From a virus (taxonomy: Duplodnaviria > Caudoviricetes), in the IMG/VR virus record IMGVR_UViG_3300030433_001577, positions 389-64,388 of that record: a DNA stretch of 64,000 nt, one strand, 5' to 3'. Each line of letters starts with the position of its first letter. Position 1 is the first letter of the stretch. Below the pieces are notes generated by a model. The model did no database searches. It saw only the letters and a program-made list of their open reading frames with translations, and was not told the DNA's origin. Below are positions 62,025 to 64,000 of the stretch, piece after piece. The position numbers and the translations under genes are program-made.

Positions 62025-64000
62025 TCAATTTTTGTCATAAATATCTATTTTTCCTTCATCTGATGAATCGGGTGTCGGTTTATTTTCATACCCTGTCCAT
62101 GCTAAAAACATCTCTTTGCCGTCTACGGGCAAATATCTAACGTGGAGTTTAGAAACAATGTCCTCCCCCTTGATAATATACTCATGGTAATCATTTCGTT
62201 GTGCGCCTAAAATCAATTTACCTTTGTCCAATAGAATTTTTTGCTCTAAGTCTTTAGTAGCAGTAGCGGGATATTTACCTGCCTCCCCCAAAAGGTCATA
62301 CACTTCTTCATCCGAGTTGGTGTCAATCTTCCAAATCATCTTATCATCTTTGTAATCAATTACAAAGTAGAGATTACGGTCATTATTAGCCCATAGTTGA
62401 AATTTACCATTTCTTTCTACTGCCTTTGCCAATGTATCACTATCATAGGAAAAACGGGTAGAGCCTGTTGAGTCGCTTCTGAATTCAATCCCGTATGCTT
62501 TACCGCCTCTCTTTAACCTATTTCGCATTTCTTTTAATCCATTCTTTTCACCGAATAAACGATTCATCATTTTAGGGTCATACTTTACGGCTTCCCTAAA
62601 AACCTGCTCATCATTCAATGACCTATTTTCCAACAATTGTTGAACGAAGATAAAGAACTTCCCATTGTCTTTACCATAAGCGGCCTTTAATTGTTTTTCC
62701 CACATATCCTTATTGATTAGAGCATTTTTGGACATAAGGTTTTTATCCTTAAATCCGTGAAACACAAAACCGTCAAGGTCTAAACCTGTGTCAAATTTAG
62801 CCACCCCATGAACATTATCGGTAATTGTATATGATTTTGTTAGAGCGTCAATAGTATAATCTCCCAAACTTTTCTTTCCATCTTTTGTTAAAAATTCTAG
62901 GGTGATTAATTTTTCTGGTTCAGCCGCTTCAGGGATTTCGTGAAATTTAGAATTAAAAAGTGAGAAGCCCTTTTTGGGATTGCCCATAATTTCATCAGCC
63001 TTCACTCTAATTACTTTACCAACCTCTACTTCTTTATTTGTATTTGTTGTTTTCCCCAAATTCATATAGAATTTACCTTCAAGTTCAAATGCCTTTGGGG
63101 TATCTTCTTCAACAGGACCGACACCAATTGTATAACCAAATGTGCCATTTTTATTTTCCTTGACTTCAAGAACCATCACATCGAGGTCTACAAATTTTTT
63201 CCACTTAATCCATTTAGGGTTTTTCTTCTTACCAATAATATAGGAAGACTTTGCATCCTTAATCACTACACCTTCTGATGTAGGGTTATTCATAATCTCC
63301 ATAGCATACTCTTCAATCTCTTCCATTGAATCGGCTTCTCTAGTATTTTTCTTATTAGGAAACATTACTCGCTCGTCGGAATGTGCTGAAAAATTTGAAA
63401 TTAGAGTTTGCATTCTGTCCTCTAGTTTTTCCATAGCAATAGATTCATCTTCAAAATACATTATGTCAAAAATGTGAAGTTTAATATCTCCTTCGGATTC
63501 TACCTTTCTGTTAATATATGCGAGAGTATCGGCTCTAACCAATGGGTCATCCCCTTTGTAAAGAACCGCTTCCCCATCTAGAATACAATTAGGAAATGTT
63601 CTCTCCTCAAGAACCTTCACACACTTTTCAAACTTGTTGGTAATATCTCTTCCGTTGAAACTGTAAATTTTAACCTCATTATTAAACTTGTGAACCTGCA
63701 CTCTAAGACCATCATATTTTTCTTGAACGAAAAAATCCCCCGTAAAACCGTTAATTTCTTTCATGTCCTCAATATCAAATATGCGATACATGGGCTTGTT
63801 AGGTTCAATAAATTTTTCTGGCTTATCCTGCTTTACAATTTCAACAGGTGCTTGTTCTGTCATAAATTGTTCATACAATTTTTGCCCCTGTTCCATTGTA
63901 TTATAAGAATCATCGGAATATAAAAGGCTTGTATCAATATTAGGAAACCTTTCTTTAATTGCAGGGTCTTCCAACATCTCTCTTAACTCGACAACCAATC
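62025..64000 (-). CDS. lig: ATP-dependent DNA ligase with long C-terminal extension; 5' end outside window
   Basis: Motif I QEKYDG, III ILDGEA, IIIa IFDIM, IV EGVVIK, V KWIKWK, OB domain; frame open to window edge. Confidence 0.88.
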   Translation of the reverse strand, partial: LVVELREMLEDPAIKERFPNIDTSLLYSDDSYNTMEQGQKLYEQFMTEQAPVEIVKQDKPEKFIEPNKPMYRIFDIEDMKEINGFTGDFFVQEKYDGLRVQVHKFNNEVKIYSFNGRDITNKFEKCVKVLEERTFPNCILDGEAVLYKGDDPLVRADTLAYINRKVESEGDIKLHIFDIMYFEDESIAMEKLEDRMQTLISNFSAHSDERVMFPNKKNTREADSMEEIEEYAMEIMNNPTSEGVVIKDAKSSYIIGKKKNPKWIKWKKFVDLDVMVLEVKENKNGTFGYTIGVGPVEEDTPKAFELEGKFYMNLGKTTNTNKEVEVGKVIRVKADEIMGNPKKGFSLFNSKFHEIPEAAEPEKLITLEFLTKDGKKSLGDYTIDALTKSYTITDNVHGVAKFDTGLDLDGFVFHGFKDKNLMSKNALINKDMWEKQLKAAYGKDNGKFFIFVQQLLENRSLNDEQVFREAVKYDPKMMNRLFGEKNGLKEMRNRLKRGGKAYGIEFRSDSTGSTRFSYDSDTLAKAVERNGKFQLWANNDRNLYFVIDYKDDKMIWKIDTNSDEEVYDLLGEAGKYPATATKDLEQKILLDKGKLILGAQRNDYHEYIIKGEDIVSKLHVRYLPVDGKEMFLAWTGYENKPTPDSSDEGKIDIYDKN

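Noticed and set aside
1-64000. Antisense and alternate-frame ORFs in the track (e.g. 13975..14409 -, 17610..18125 -, 38952..39404 +, 49596..49895 +)
   Set aside because: They are shadows of well-supported genes on the opposite strand, with no RBS and atypical composition.
1-64000. Alternative genetic code or stop-codon readthrough
   Set aside because: Standard-code ORFs tile both arms densely and conserved enzymes are full length.

Overview
This 64 kb window is an internal part of a large tailed dsDNA virus of archaea. It is most likely a magrovirus infecting Marine Group II/Poseidoniales; this is inferred from the archaeal PolB, PCNA, RFC, PriS-PriL, RPA, TFB and histone genes, GGTGA-type ribosome-binding sites and HK97-type morphogenesis genes. 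Two arms converge on a strong hairpin at ~29.5 kb. The + arm (1-29.5 kb) carries accessory, host-takeover and replication genes: a DenV-like glycosylase, class II RNR, tRNA-Arg(UCU), GroES/GroEL and a near-complete archaeal replisome. The - arm (29.7-64 kb) carries ligase, prohead protease/scaffold, major capsid, neck, siphovirus-like tail and fibres. Two candidate undescribed systems stand out. (1) A virus-encoded ubiquitin/SAMP-like modification kit: a Ubl precursor ending GG-DY, a ThiF/E1 and a JAMM protease, with E1 and JAMM in the same gene run as a viral TFB and a viral histone. (2) Twelve otherwise unrelated proteins share an N-terminal M-x(0-1)-W-x-x-[ILV]-[IL]-K peptide whose [IV][LIV]K core recurs in the capsid and protease/scaffold. 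This suggests a capsid-targeting/maturation tag for packaged cargo, including two HExxH proteins, a HicA-like domain and basic DNA-binding domains. All calls come from motif reading by eye; no database searches were run.
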